Assembly: GCA_964609085.1 (NCBI GenBank)
Contig: CAZSRZ010000006.1
Location: 12,668 to 76,667 of the forward strand
DNA: 64,000 bases
Reading direction: 5' to 3'
DNA from: an uncultured bacterium
GTDB taxonomy: Bacteria; Armatimonadota; SYMT01
Shown here: in pieces, positions 9,219-18,594 of the stretch
Layout: each line of letters opens with the position of its first letter
Numbering within the stretch: position 1 is the first letter of the stretch
Notes under the pieces: model-generated
Database searches by the model: none
What the model was told of the DNA's origin: nothing
Seen by the model: the letters and a program-made list of their open reading frames with translations, nothing else
Program-made: the position numbers and the translations under genes

Positions 9219-9230
9219 GGGGGGGGGGGG
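9219..9230. repeat. G12 homopolymer in the leader of the LuxR-type gene
   Basis: Twelve consecutive G (C12 on the coding strand). Confidence 0.9.
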
Positions 9231-9336
9231 CTTCGCCATGAGGTCCACGTCTCCCGTATTGAAGATCTCACGAGGGCACGCCCCTGGCCCCCGGGCACTG
9301 AAGGCGGTCAGGTCGCCCGTTCGATAACTGCTAGAA

Positions 9337-9368
9337 TTGTATGTACATCTGCGAGATGGAATTGTCAA
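9337..9368 (-). promoter_or_regulatory. Putative sigma70 promoter with an internal palindrome
   Basis: The minus strand has TTGACA (9368-9363), then TACATA after 17 nt or TACAAT after 21 nt. A CATCT-cgc-AGATG inverted repeat lies in the spacer. Confidence 0.5.
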
Positions 9369-9474
9369 CTCCCCTGGTCAGAGCTAAATCAGATCCGTGG
9401 ACCTCAGTTTAGGTCGCTGCCGGGGCCCGGCCGACTTGAGCCAACGCGAAGCGGGATGACCGGGCCGATTGGAG

Positions 9475-10521
9475 CTATGCTGCATCCACCCAGATGCGCT
9501 CCCCTTCCTGACGGAAGCGCTGTCCGTCGGCTGGGATACCGATCAGGGTGTGCCCGTCGAGATCCAGATAGTCGAAGGCACCCGTCCCGCATGCCAGGTG
9601 AACTGAGGCCCCGATGCCAGTGAGGCTCTCGAGCATGCAGCCGAGCATCAGCTTCAACCCGGCCGCCCGCGCGATGGCGATGATATCCAGCGCCCCGAAG
9701 AGCCCGGCCTTGGCGACCTTGATGTTGACCCCGTGCGCGGCGCCGAGCTCCGCCACCTTTATCGCGGCGGCGGCATCCACCACGCTTTCGTCGGCGATCA
9801 CGGGCACGGGTGACTCCCGCGTCATCGCGCGGAGTCCGTCCCAGTCGTCGCGCGGCACTGGCTGCTCCACTAGCTCGACCTCCACACCGGCATCGAGGCA
9901 TCGACGCAGGAAGCGGAGCGCCGTATCTGCGGTGAATGCCTGGTTCGCGTCCAGGCGGATCAGCGCCCCCGGGGCCGCCTCGACCACTGCGGCGACTCGA
10001 GCAAAGTCCGCGTCCGTATCCTGGCTGCCGACCTTCAGCTTCAACGAGCGGTACCCCATTTCATGGGCTCGAGTGGCGGTGGCGAGCGCCGTGTTGAGGT
10101 CGCTGATCGGCAGCGTAAGATCGGTCCGGATCGTATTGACGGCCCCCCCGAGATGCACCCACAGCGGCAGGCCCATGCCCCTGCAGTGGGCGTCGAGGAT
10201 CGCCATCTCGACGGCGCTCCTCGCCGTCGGGCCACGGGGGATGAGCGCCCGCAGCCGTGCGCTCCAGAGGCCTGATCGCGCCGGTTCCGTTCCGCGGAGG
10301 TCGGGGGCGGCGGCCTCGATCGCCGCCTTGACGCCGGCGGCTGTCTCACCCGTGACATAATCTGCCGGAGAGGCTTCGCCCTCGCCGACCGTGCCGTCCG
10401 CCAACGTCACCAGGACGCGCACATTTTCGGCGACCGTCGAGCGGCGCGCCGCCGTCTCGAAGGGGCTGAGCATGGCCAGGGGGGTCAGTTCCGCCGTGAC
10501 GCTCGCGATCAGGCTACGCAT
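9475..10521 (-). CDS. L-Ala-D/L-Glu dipeptide epimerase (enolase superfamily)
   Basis: GEGEA, KLKVG, RLDANQ, LVEQP, ADES, VNIKVAK, GCMLES and LDLD. Confidence 0.9.
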   Translation of the reverse strand: MRSLIASVTAELTPLAMLSPFETAARRSTVAENVRVLVTLADGTVGEGEASPADYVTGETAAGVKAAIEAAAPDLRGTEPARSGLWSARLRALIPRGPTARSAVEMAILDAHCRGMGLPLWVHLGGAVNTIRTDLTLPISDLNTALATATRAHEMGYRSLKLKVGSQDTDADFARVAAVVEAAPGALIRLDANQAFTADTALRFLRRCLDAGVEVELVEQPVPRDDWDGLRAMTRESPVPVIADESVVDAAAAIKVAELGAAHGVNIKVAKAGLFGALDIIAIARAAGLKLMLGCMLESLTGIGASVHLACGTGAFDYLDLDGHTLIGIPADGQRFRQEGERIWVDAA

Positions 10522-10537
10522 CGGTAACTCCGTGTCT

Positions 10538-11992
10538 GTGGATCGACTCCGCCGGTCCCACGCCCTCCGGCGGTGGGCGTCGTCCGCACTGTGCCTTCTG
10601 CTCGCCGCCGCGGCACCGGCCCAGGAATTCAGCCTGGGGGACCGAATTCGGGCAGAGTTGCTGCGCCTGGGTCCCTACGCATCCGCGGGGATTCGCCTCG
10701 TCGCTCTAAGCGATTCGGGTGATCCGAACGACGCTGTCCTCTTCGAGCACAACCCCGACTCATCCCTGAACCCCGCCTCCAACATGAAGCTTCTCACCTC
10801 CATCGCCGCGCTGGGCAAGTTGGGGCCGGAATATCGGTTTCGCACCCGCGTGCTGGCCCGCGGCGACATCCGGCACGGCACCCTGCGGGGAGATCTGGTG
10901 CTGCAGGGCGGAGGGGATCCCATCCTGGAAACACCGGGATTGGAGCGACTGGCGGAGACGCTGCTGGCGCACGGGCTGAAGCGCGTCGACGGCAACTTGA
11001 TCGCCGACGACTCGCGCTTTGATCAGGAACGACTGGGCAGCGGGTGGAACGCCGGCGATGAGCCGTTCTATTACAGCGCCCAGGTGAGCGCACTTTCCGT
11101 CAATCGAAACGTGCTGACGCTTGGAATATCGCCCGGCTCCGCTGTCGGGGCCTCGGCGCGAGTGACCGTCCTGCCCGTCGAGGGATATGTCCGGCTTCTC
11201 GAGGTGCCTCGCACCGGTCCCCCCGCCGTCCCAGGGCAAGAGCTCGACCTCCGGGTACGGCGAGATCGGGGACGCAATGACGTCCGGCTGGACGGTACCA
11301 TCCCCCAGGACGCCGCGCCAACGACGCGTGAGGTGACGGTCGAGGAACCGCAGCTCTACGCAGCGACGTTGTTCAAGCAACTGCTGGCGAGCAAGGGTAT
11401 TCGCGTCCGCGGCGCAGTGAGCGCCGGAACGGCGACCCCGGATGCTCGGGAATTGGCGGCCGAGGCATCCCCACCGCTGGCCGCAATTCTACCGCTGCTC
11501 AATAAGCCGAGCGACAACCTGGTTGCGGAGATTCTGCTCAAAGAGATTGGTCGCGCGTCGACGGGAGTCGGCAGCAGCGCTGCCGGCGCCACCGCTGCCC
11601 GCGCCTGGCTCCGTGAGCGGAACATCGACACAGGCGGAGTGCGGCAGGTGGACGGCAGCGGGCTCTCGCGCATGGATCTTCTCACGCCCCGGGCAGTCAC
11701 GGGCATGCTGGTCGCCGCATGGCGCCAGCCGTGGCGAGATGCCTTCCTGGCGTCTCTGCCGGTGATGGGCGTGGACGGAACGCTTCGCAATCGACTCCGC
11801 GGCAGTGCGGCGGAGCGCGTGGTGCAGGCGAAGACGGGGACGCTCAACGCCGTCAGCGCGCTCGGGGGTTACGCGCACACTCGCTCCGGCAAGACGCTCG
11901 TTTTCAGCATCTTGATCAACAACTATCTGGCGCAACCCAGCGCCAAGCGCATTGAGGACGCGATCGCCCTGGCGATCGTCGAGGCGGGCTGA
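10538..11992 (+). CDS. dacB: D-Ala-D-Ala carboxypeptidase/endopeptidase (PBP4, peptidase S13)
   Basis: PASNMK (SxxK), SDN (SxN), KTGTL, GGGDP and DGSGLSR. The start codon is approximate. Confidence 0.9.
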   Translation: MDRLRRSHALRRWASSALCLLLAAAAPAQEFSLGDRIRAELLRLGPYASAGIRLVALSDSGDPNDAVLFEHNPDSSLNPASNMKLLTSIAALGKLGPEYRFRTRVLARGDIRHGTLRGDLVLQGGGDPILETPGLERLAETLLAHGLKRVDGNLIADDSRFDQERLGSGWNAGDEPFYYSAQVSALSVNRNVLTLGISPGSAVGASARVTVLPVEGYVRLLEVPRTGPPAVPGQELDLRVRRDRGRNDVRLDGTIPQDAAPTTREVTVEEPQLYAATLFKQLLASKGIRVRGAVSAGTATPDARELAAEASPPLAAILPLLNKPSDNLVAEILLKEIGRASTGVGSSAAGATAARAWLRERNIDTGGVRQVDGSGLSRMDLLTPRAVTGMLVAAWRQPWRDAFLASLPVMGVDGTLRNRLRGSAAERVVQAKTGTLNAVSALGGYAHTRSGKTLVFSILINNYLAQPSAKRIEDAIALAIVEAG

Positions 11993-12014
11993 TGCGCCCT
12001 GCTCCGAGGAGACG

Positions 12015-12860
12015 ATGACGCTCCCCCGCACCCCGGACCTGGACGCCCTGCTGGATCTCGCCCTGGCCGAGGACATCGGCTACGGTGATGTAACCACACA
12101 GGCCACCGTGCCCCCAGATGCCTGGGGGAAAGCTCGCCTGGTGGCCCGCGCGCCCGGAGTACTTGCCGGCGGCGAGTTAGTGGCCCTCGTCTACGCTCGG
12201 GTCGACCCCCGCATCCATGTTCGTCAGCGATTGGGCGACGGGTCTGCGGTTGCGGCGGGCGAGTGCGTGGCCGAATTGGAAGGACCCGCCCGGGGTCTCT
12301 TGACGGGGGAGCGGACTGCTCTCAACTTTCTGCAGCACCTCTCCGGGATCGCCACGCGGACCGCGCGGATGGTCGAATTGGTGGCGGGCACAGGCGCCCG
12401 CGTGATCGACACCCGCAAGACCATCCCGGGGCTGCGGGCGCTCGCCAAGTATGCCGTCCGCGCGGGCGGCGGCACGAACCACCGGCACGGGCTGTCGGAT
12501 GGAGTGCTGATCAAGGACAATCACCTGATCGCCGCGGGCGGGGTGGGACCTGCCGTCGCGGCAGCGCGAGCGGCGTGCCACCACTTGCTGCGTATTGAGG
12601 TCGAGGTCGACACCCTGGAGCATCTCGAGGAAGCCCTCGCCGCCGGTGCCGATGTCGTGCTGCTGGACAACATGTCGCTCGCCCAACTCCGTGTGGCCGT
12701 CGCCCGGTGCCGCGGCCGGGCTGTTACCGAGGCCTCGGGCGGGGTGAATGAGGCAACCGTTCGCGACATTGCCGAGACTGGTGTGGACTACATCAGCGTC
12801 GGTGCCCTCACGCATAGCGTGACTGCCCTCGACCTCGGTCTCGATTGGGGGGAGGAGTGA
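12015..12860 (+). CDS. nadC: Nicotinate-nucleotide diphosphorylase (carboxylating)
   Basis: EDIGYGDVTT, ERTALNFLQHLSGIAT, DTRKTIPGLR, LIKDNH, LLDNM and EASGG. Confidence 0.95.
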   Translation: MTLPRTPDLDALLDLALAEDIGYGDVTTQATVPPDAWGKARLVARAPGVLAGGELVALVYARVDPRIHVRQRLGDGSAVAAGECVAELEGPARGLLTGERTALNFLQHLSGIATRTARMVELVAGTGARVIDTRKTIPGLRALAKYAVRAGGGTNHRHGLSDGVLIKDNHLIAAGGVGPAVAAARAACHHLLRIEVEVDTLEHLEEALAAGADVVLLDNMSLAQLRVAVARCRGRAVTEASGGVNEATVRDIAETGVDYISVGALTHSVTALDLGLDWGEE

Positions 12861-12994
12861 ACCCCGCCCCGGCAAGCAACGTCCCGGGCAAGGCGCGGTC
12901 GGCGGAGGTAGACTTGATGCTGACGCCGCGCAGTACGGCGACCCACGCTGCCCCCACCTGTCGGGGCCAACGAGCTTTCTAGGGACGGACTTCG

Positions 12995-14161
12995 ATGTCG
13001 CAGACTGGCCGATTTCGTGTAGGGATGGTGGGGGGCGGCGGCCCCGCGAACTTCTTCGGCGGCCCCCACCGCACCGCCATCCTCATGGACAACACCGCCG
13101 AACTTACGGCGGGGGCCCTGCGGTCCAACCCCAAGGCTTCCATCGAGTCCGCCCGGGCGCTTCACTTCACCCGGGGTTACCCTGACTACCAGACGATGAT
13201 CCAGGAGGAGGCCCGGCTCCCGATCGGGGAGCGGATCGACTACGTCACCATCGTCACGCCCAACCACGAGCACTACGGCCCGGCCCGCGCCGCCCTCGAA
13301 GCCGGGTTCGCCGTGCTGTGCGAGAAACCCCTCACCATCACCCTGGAGGAGTCGCTGGAGTTGGTCCGCATCCAGCGGGAGAAGGGCGTCCCCTTCATCG
13401 TCGCCTACACCTACACCGGCCTCCCCATGGTCATGCTCGCGCGGGAGATGGTGCAGAACGGGGAGATCGGCGAAGTGCGGAAGGTCGAGGCGTGGTACCC
13501 GCAGGGTTGGCTCGCCGGCCGCACAGAGGATGAGGGCGTGCAGCAGGCTCAGTGGCGCGTCGACCCGACCCGCAGCGGCGCTTCGGGCTGCGGCGGCGAC
13601 ATCGGGACTCACGCCTACGAGTTCGTGAGATTCGTCGCCGGCCTCTCTGCGGTGCAGGTGCAAGCCCGCCTGAAGACCTTTGTTGAGGGTCGGGCACTGG
13701 ACGATGACTTCACCGTGCTGGCGCGGTTGGATAACGGCGGCGTGGCTACCATCACCGCGAGTCAGGTGACCATCGGCAGTCAGAACGACAACGGCTTCCG
13801 AGTCATCGGCACCAAGGGAACGGTCGAGTGGAGCATGCTCGACCACACGGTTCTGAAGGTACTGAAGGGCGGCCAGCCGGTTTCCGTCTTCCGCCTGGGA
13901 GCCGAGTACGGTTACTTCCCCGAGTCCATCAAGCCGTACCTCCGCCTGCCCAGCGGCCATCCGGAAGGCTTCCACGAAGCGCTGGCCAACCTGCACAAGA
14001 CGCTGCAGTTCCAGATCAGCCGCTGCCGGGGCGCTGAAGTGCCTCGAGGGATCCGGCACCCGGATGCCGTCGACGGCGCTGCCGGGATGGCCTTCATCGA
14101 GGCGTCCGTGGCCAGCAGCGCCGCCGGTGGGGCCTGGACCGCCGTGCACCAGGTCGACTAG
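12995..14161 (+). CDS. Gfo/Idh/MocA family oxidoreductase
   Basis: RVGMVGGG, VTPNHEH, CEKPL and GDIGTH. Confidence 0.9.
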   Translation: MSQTGRFRVGMVGGGGPANFFGGPHRTAILMDNTAELTAGALRSNPKASIESARALHFTRGYPDYQTMIQEEARLPIGERIDYVTIVTPNHEHYGPARAALEAGFAVLCEKPLTITLEESLELVRIQREKGVPFIVAYTYTGLPMVMLAREMVQNGEIGEVRKVEAWYPQGWLAGRTEDEGVQQAQWRVDPTRSGASGCGGDIGTHAYEFVRFVAGLSAVQVQARLKTFVEGRALDDDFTVLARLDNGGVATITASQVTIGSQNDNGFRVIGTKGTVEWSMLDHTVLKVLKGGQPVSVFRLGAEYGYFPESIKPYLRLPSGHPEGFHEALANLHKTLQFQISRCRGAEVPRGIRHPDAVDGAAGMAFIEASVASSAAGGAWTAVHQVD

Positions 14162-14219
14162 CGACGATTGCGCGGGGATTCGCGGGCCGCGCCAGCAGCG
14201 GCCACTCCCCAACTCCTGC

Positions 14220-15071
14220 ATGGCACAGCTCCTTATCACCAACTCCAGCCGCAGCGCGGCGGGCGGCGTCTACCGGCTGGACACGGAAACCTCCGCCGTG
14301 CGTCGTATCTCGGACCTGGCACCGCGGGGGATCACCCGGGGTCCCGACGGCTGGTACGTGGTGGAGAACGGGGGAAATGTCCATCGCCTGGATCCGGAGA
14401 GCGGGGCAACCACCCTGGCCGCCGAGACCGGGTTAAAGGCCGCGCACGACATCCGCTTTCACAGGGGCAGCTTTTACATCGTGTCCAGCAAGCGGAACCG
14501 GGTGGTCCGCCTTAGTCCGAGCTTCCAAAAGGAAGCGCAGGTCGTCATAGCCCGAGCGGCGATCGACACCTGCCACGCGAACTGCCTGCTGCCGATGGCC
14601 ACGCAGATGCTGCTGAGCGTCTTCACCCTCTCCGAGGCGGGCCGGCTCGAGAAACGGCTCACCAGAGACTGGCGACACAGCGGCAAGATCCTCGCCCTGG
14701 ATTGGGACCGAGGCAGCTTCGACGTCGTTTACGAACCGCTGTCACAACCCCACAGTCTCGTGCAGCATCACGGCCAGATCTACGTCTGCCAGTCCTACAC
14801 GGGCGCGATCTGCCGGGTGGATCTGGAACGAGGCACCATCAAGACGGTGAAGAAGCCCCGGGGCTTTGTGCGTGGGATCGCCTTCTCAGGCGACCGCGCG
14901 TTCGTGGGCATCAGCGTGCTGCGGGCGCAAGGGAACCTCTTCCAGCAACTCTACCGCCGGATGTTCCGCTGGTGCGGTGTCCACGAATACCGCCTCCCCG
15001 ACTGGAAACTGATTCGACGCCACCCGGTCCCCGGCGCTCAGATCTACGAATTGGCATTGCTGGAGGAGTAG
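14220..15071 (+). CDS. Beta-propeller protein, DUF4915-like
   Basis: Repeated blades; DTCHANCL, LSQPHSL and RGFVRGI resemble DUF4915/TIGR03032 motifs. Confidence 0.55.
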   Translation: MAQLLITNSSRSAAGGVYRLDTETSAVRRISDLAPRGITRGPDGWYVVENGGNVHRLDPESGATTLAAETGLKAAHDIRFHRGSFYIVSSKRNRVVRLSPSFQKEAQVVIARAAIDTCHANCLLPMATQMLLSVFTLSEAGRLEKRLTRDWRHSGKILALDWDRGSFDVVYEPLSQPHSLVQHHGQIYVCQSYTGAICRVDLERGTIKTVKKPRGFVRGIAFSGDRAFVGISVLRAQGNLFQQLYRRMFRWCGVHEYRLPDWKLIRRHPVPGAQIYELALLEE

Positions 15072-15170
15072 CCCAGCCCGCCGGACACAGCGGACACGGG
15101 TGCCGTGCGCTAGAATTGGGGTGGGGATCCGGCCGAGCGATTCCATGCGACTGAGAGAGTGGGACCTCGT

Positions 15171-15869
15171 ATGTCAAACATGCGCAAAGCATTCACCTTG
15201 ATCGAGTTGTTGGTGGTCATTGCGATCATCGCGATCCTCGCGGCCATCTTGTTTCCGGTGCTGGCGCAGGCACGCGAGTCAGCTCGTGCGGCAAAGTGCG
15301 TGAGCAACCAGCGACAGATCGGGCTGGCGCTGATGCAGTACTGCCAGGATTTCGACGGATATCTACCCGATCCCGCCTGGGCGGACATGCAGTTCACGCC
15401 GTCTCCGCCCGCGCCGCCGACGCCCGGGCCATCCACGCTGCGCCCCTACTCGCGCATGGGGTGGCTGATGGCGGTCCTGGAGCCCTACACGAAGAACAAC
15501 GGCATCTGGGAGTGCCCGAGCATGCCGGCGTTTGCCGGGGACACCTTCTGGTCGGACGGCCTGCACTCCCCCTACCGTCTACCGGGACTCGACGTTCCGT
15601 CGAAGGGCTACACCAGCTACATCTCGGCCAAATTCGGCGAGCCGAACCCAGCCGCGGCTCGATGTGCCCGAGGAAAGCTGCCGGAGGATGTGGGCACCCT
15701 CGGCGTGAGTGGCGAGCACGTGCTCTACTGCGGATTCTTCTCGCGATCCTGGAATCCGGCACCCTGGGTACGCGGTTCGAGCCGGCCACCCCTCGGTGAC
15801 TGGCGGCCCCACCGCGATCGCCGGATCGAGCTGTTCCTGGACGGACACGTCAAGGCGCTGATGCCGTAG
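15171..15869 (+). CDS. Prepilin-type N-terminal cleavage/methylation protein (DUF1559/H-X9-DG type)
   Basis: [36 protein letters not shown] and a C-terminal LFLDGHVK. Confidence 0.9.
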   Translation: MSNMRKAFTLIELLVVIAIIAILAAILFPVLAQARESARAAKCVSNQRQIGLALMQYCQDFDGYLPDPAWADMQFTPSPPAPPTPGPSTLRPYSRMGWLMAVLEPYTKNNGIWECPSMPAFAGDTFWSDGLHSPYRLPGLDVPSKGYTSYISAKFGEPNPAAARCARGKLPEDVGTLGVSGEHVLYCGFFSRSWNPAPWVRGSSRPPLGDWRPHRDRRIELFLDGHVKALMP

Positions 15870-16037
15870 CCCAGGCTCCGTCTCCCCGAGCCGCCGGGAC
15901 TCAGGGATGCAAAGAGACGCTGGGCAGTAATTCTGGCGTCTCTGGGTCTTCGCGTCATTGCGCCGTTGCGTTGAGTGCTCCATGGCGTGGGAGACGCGCA
16001 GCTCCCGCACGTTCTCCCTCATGTCGGTCTGACAGAC

Positions 16038-16103
16038 TCACCGCCAGGACGCAGAGGCGCAAAGGGACTCTGTCTTCCTTGCGCCTTCGCGTCCTGGCGG
16101 TGA
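16038..16103. repeat. Long imperfect hairpin (REP-like or bidirectional terminator) between convergent prepilin genes
   Basis: TCACCGCCAGGACGC pairs perfectly (15 bp) with GCGTCCTGGCGGTGA, plus an 8-bp inner stem. A related degenerate element lies at ~15905-15975. Confidence 0.75.
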
Positions 16104-16155
16104 ATGCCCCGGGGTCTGGGTGAGGGGTAGCCCCGGGGGCGACCGAGGATCGGGC

Positions 16156-17067
16156 CTACGGGCAGACTACCTGACCACCCGGACACCACATGTCCGTCTG
16201 TCCTGCTCCGGCTCGTGGATTTCGCGGTCGGGCGTTGACGTACAGCGGGTTGAATCGCACCACGGCGGCCTGGTGCGCCGCGTTCCAGGTCTGTGTCGGG
16301 TTCATGGTCTTTACGTGCCCGTCGCAGAAGAGGAAGGTCGACTTCTCTGCGTGGTACTCCTCCGGAGCACCGATCGGCAGCCCGGTCGAGCCGTAGCGGC
16401 TCGGCTGACCACCCAGGGTAGCGCTGCTGAAGAAGATCGAGCCGTTCCGGTTGTTGCCGCCGGTCGCGGATTGCACGCACTCATAGAGCAGAATCACCTG
16501 TGCCGGTCCGGGCTCGACGAGGTCCGGGTTGGCGCCTAGGTACCAGAACGGGAAGTAGCTGGCAGGCACATTTCCCGCCGCGGTGACCGCCTGGCCCGGA
16601 TGGACGGCGCGGAGGTAGTCGTTCATCACGAAGTTCTGACCGACGTCGAACTGACCGCTGCCTGCCCCGCCGATGGAATTGGGGCACGACCACACGTTGT
16701 TCTTCGAGTTGCCGCGCTGCTTGAGGTAGGGGAACACGCCCTGTCCGCTGTCCGTAACTGCGCCGGTGGTGGTGTCGCGTGTCGCGCTGTACCACGCGGC
16801 TCCGTTGAAGGTGTTGCCGACCACCCCACGGCCGCCCGGATTCGGGAAGAACCCGTCGAAGTCGGACGCGTACATGGCGAAGGCGATGCCGAACTGCTTC
16901 AGGTTGGACTGGCATGTCGCCTTTCGCGCCGCGTCGCGGGCTTGAGCGAAGACGGGGAAGAGGATCGCGGCGAGGATGGCGATGATGGCGATGACGACGA
17001 GCAACTCGATGAGGGTGAAGGCACGTCGCTGGAGGGATCCGGTTGGACGAGGGGAGGGGGCAATCAT
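16156..17067 (-). CDS. Prepilin-type N-terminal cleavage/methylation protein (DUF1559/H-X9-DG type)
   Basis: [30 protein letters not shown] and [17 protein letters not shown]. Confidence 0.9.
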   Translation of the reverse strand: MIAPSPRPTGSLQRRAFTLIELLVVIAIIAILAAILFPVFAQARDAARKATCQSNLKQFGIAFAMYASDFDGFFPNPGGRGVVGNTFNGAAWYSATRDTTTGAVTDSGQGVFPYLKQRGNSKNNVWSCPNSIGGAGSGQFDVGQNFVMNDYLRAVHPGQAVTAAGNVPASYFPFWYLGANPDLVEPGPAQVILLYECVQSATGGNNRNGSIFFSSATLGGQPSRYGSTGLPIGAPEEYHAEKSTFLFCDGHVKTMNPTQTWNAAHQAAVVRFNPLYVNARPRNPRAGAGQTDMWCPGGQVVCP

Positions 17068-17263
17068 GGGTGCACTCCGTGGGAAAGAGGGTACTCAGCC
17101 GGATCATTTTCCGCCGCGAACCCTAAATTGCGGTCAAGATTGGGCTAACTGTCGTCGGGGACTCGTTCATGTCCACTTGCTGTATTGCCGGGAGGGCGCT
17201 GAACCCGAGGAATCCGTGAAGATTCCTGCCCCGGAATCCGGTGGTGACCGGCAGAGCGACGTG

Positions 17264-18505
17264 TCATTGGGCGTCCGTCACCGTGATCGCGATCGTTTCG
17301 ATCGCCGCGTGGCCGGACTTGCGGAAGGGGCGCGGCATGGGCTGTGCCTGTCCCCGCTCGTCCACGGTCCGGCAGCGAAGCAGATACTCGCCGGGCGCCA
17401 ACCCCGGGATCAGGGCTGCCCAGTGAGCTTTTGCCAGTCGCAGCGGCCAACGGTCGGGTTCACCGCCGGGCCGAAAGCCCATCGTGACAGCCGGAATGAC
17501 TCCGCCCGGCAGGTTGCCGCCCCAGACGGCCGGCGGCGGGAGGATGCGGGCATCCGTCCAGGGGGCGGTGGAGAAGTTGGGATCAGCTTCGGAGACGCGG
17601 GCATCCGCCCGGGAGACCCATACCTGCACTCGCGCCAACCCCGAGATCCCCACCTGCGCATACCCCGTCACCGGGAAGGGAGTGTTGGGCTTTACTCGCC
17701 GGGGGAAGGGGAGCGTGGCGGCGAACGACTTGAGCGGACTGTCGATGTCATTGTTCTCGGCGGCGTAGGTGTCGTTCGCCCCATGAAGGTTGGAAAGGAA
17801 AAGGTGCGTGAGCCACTTCACGTTCTTGAAGCCGTAGGCCTCGGGCACCACGATCCGGACGGGGCCACCGCGCTGCGGGCTCAACCACTCGCCGTTCAGC
17901 TTGTAGCAGAGGATGACGGGCGGCAGGCCCATCGGATCCTCGAGCACCCTGCCGATGGGGAGTGAGCTCCGGAACAACTGCCGGGGGTCATCGTTGTGGT
18001 AGCCGTGGTAGAAGACGCGCCGCAAGTTCTCACGCGGCTGCGTCATCCACACGACCTCCCGAAGCGGGACACCCTCCCAGATGCCCATCCCCAACGGGCA
18101 ACCGATGTTGAGGCAGGTCATGACCTTCGGGAAGCGGACGGCATGTTTCTCCGCCAGCTTCATCAGCCCGGCGAAATCGAGGGCGGCCCCCATTGCGGCA
18201 GAGAGGGAGCGTCCGAGCGACGCGGGGCGTTCCGGGTCTGCGACAACGTCCAACCTCCAGGTTTCCCTGGTCAGCCCCACCTCCCGCCGCCGCGCCTCCG
18301 GGAGGGAGTGAGGCACGGGATTGCCCCGCGACACATCACCGAAGCGCTCCTGGGGGAAGAAATAGGGCTCGATCGCCCGCACGGCCGCCGCCAGTTCGGC
18401 AGGGAGGGGAGCGTCCGCGGAGACGGTGCGCCGAGAGTCCACGCTCGCGGCCAGGGCGGCGGCGGGCAGCAGGTGTCGTCGCGAGATCCGGATCTGGTCT
18501 GGCAT
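17264..18505 (-). CDS. Molybdopterin-dependent oxidoreductase (sulfite oxidase family), Tat-like signal
   Basis: SRRHLL twin-arginine motif; MTCL..WEGVPLREV; NGEWL...GGPVRIVVP..YGFKNVKWL. Confidence 0.85.
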   Translation of the reverse strand: MPDQIRISRRHLLPAAALAASVDSRRTVSADAPLPAELAAAVRAIEPYFFPQERFGDVSRGNPVPHSLPEARRREVGLTRETWRLDVVADPERPASLGRSLSAAMGAALDFAGLMKLAEKHAVRFPKVMTCLNIGCPLGMGIWEGVPLREVVWMTQPRENLRRVFYHGYHNDDPRQLFRSSLPIGRVLEDPMGLPPVILCYKLNGEWLSPQRGGPVRIVVPEAYGFKNVKWLTHLFLSNLHGANDTYAAENNDIDSPLKSFAATLPFPRRVKPNTPFPVTGYAQVGISGLARVQVWVSRADARVSEADPNFSTAPWTDARILPPPAVWGGNLPGGVIPAVTMGFRPGGEPDRWPLRLAKAHWAALIPGLAPGEYLLRCRTVDERGQAQPMPRPFRKSGHAAIETIAITVTDAQ

Positions 18506-18594
18506 ACCTGTTCCTTCCGGCGGTAGGAGCCCGATGATGCCCTATTGAGCCACCGCCGGGAGGTACTCCTGCGGGCAGCCCGATCGACCGCCTC

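Noticed and set aside
9180-9368. 60-aa ORF in frame with the LuxR gene across a TGA (readthrough or selenocysteine)
   Set aside because: Its TTG start is the -35 hexamer, the product is low-complexity, and there is no SECIS-like hairpin or homology argument.
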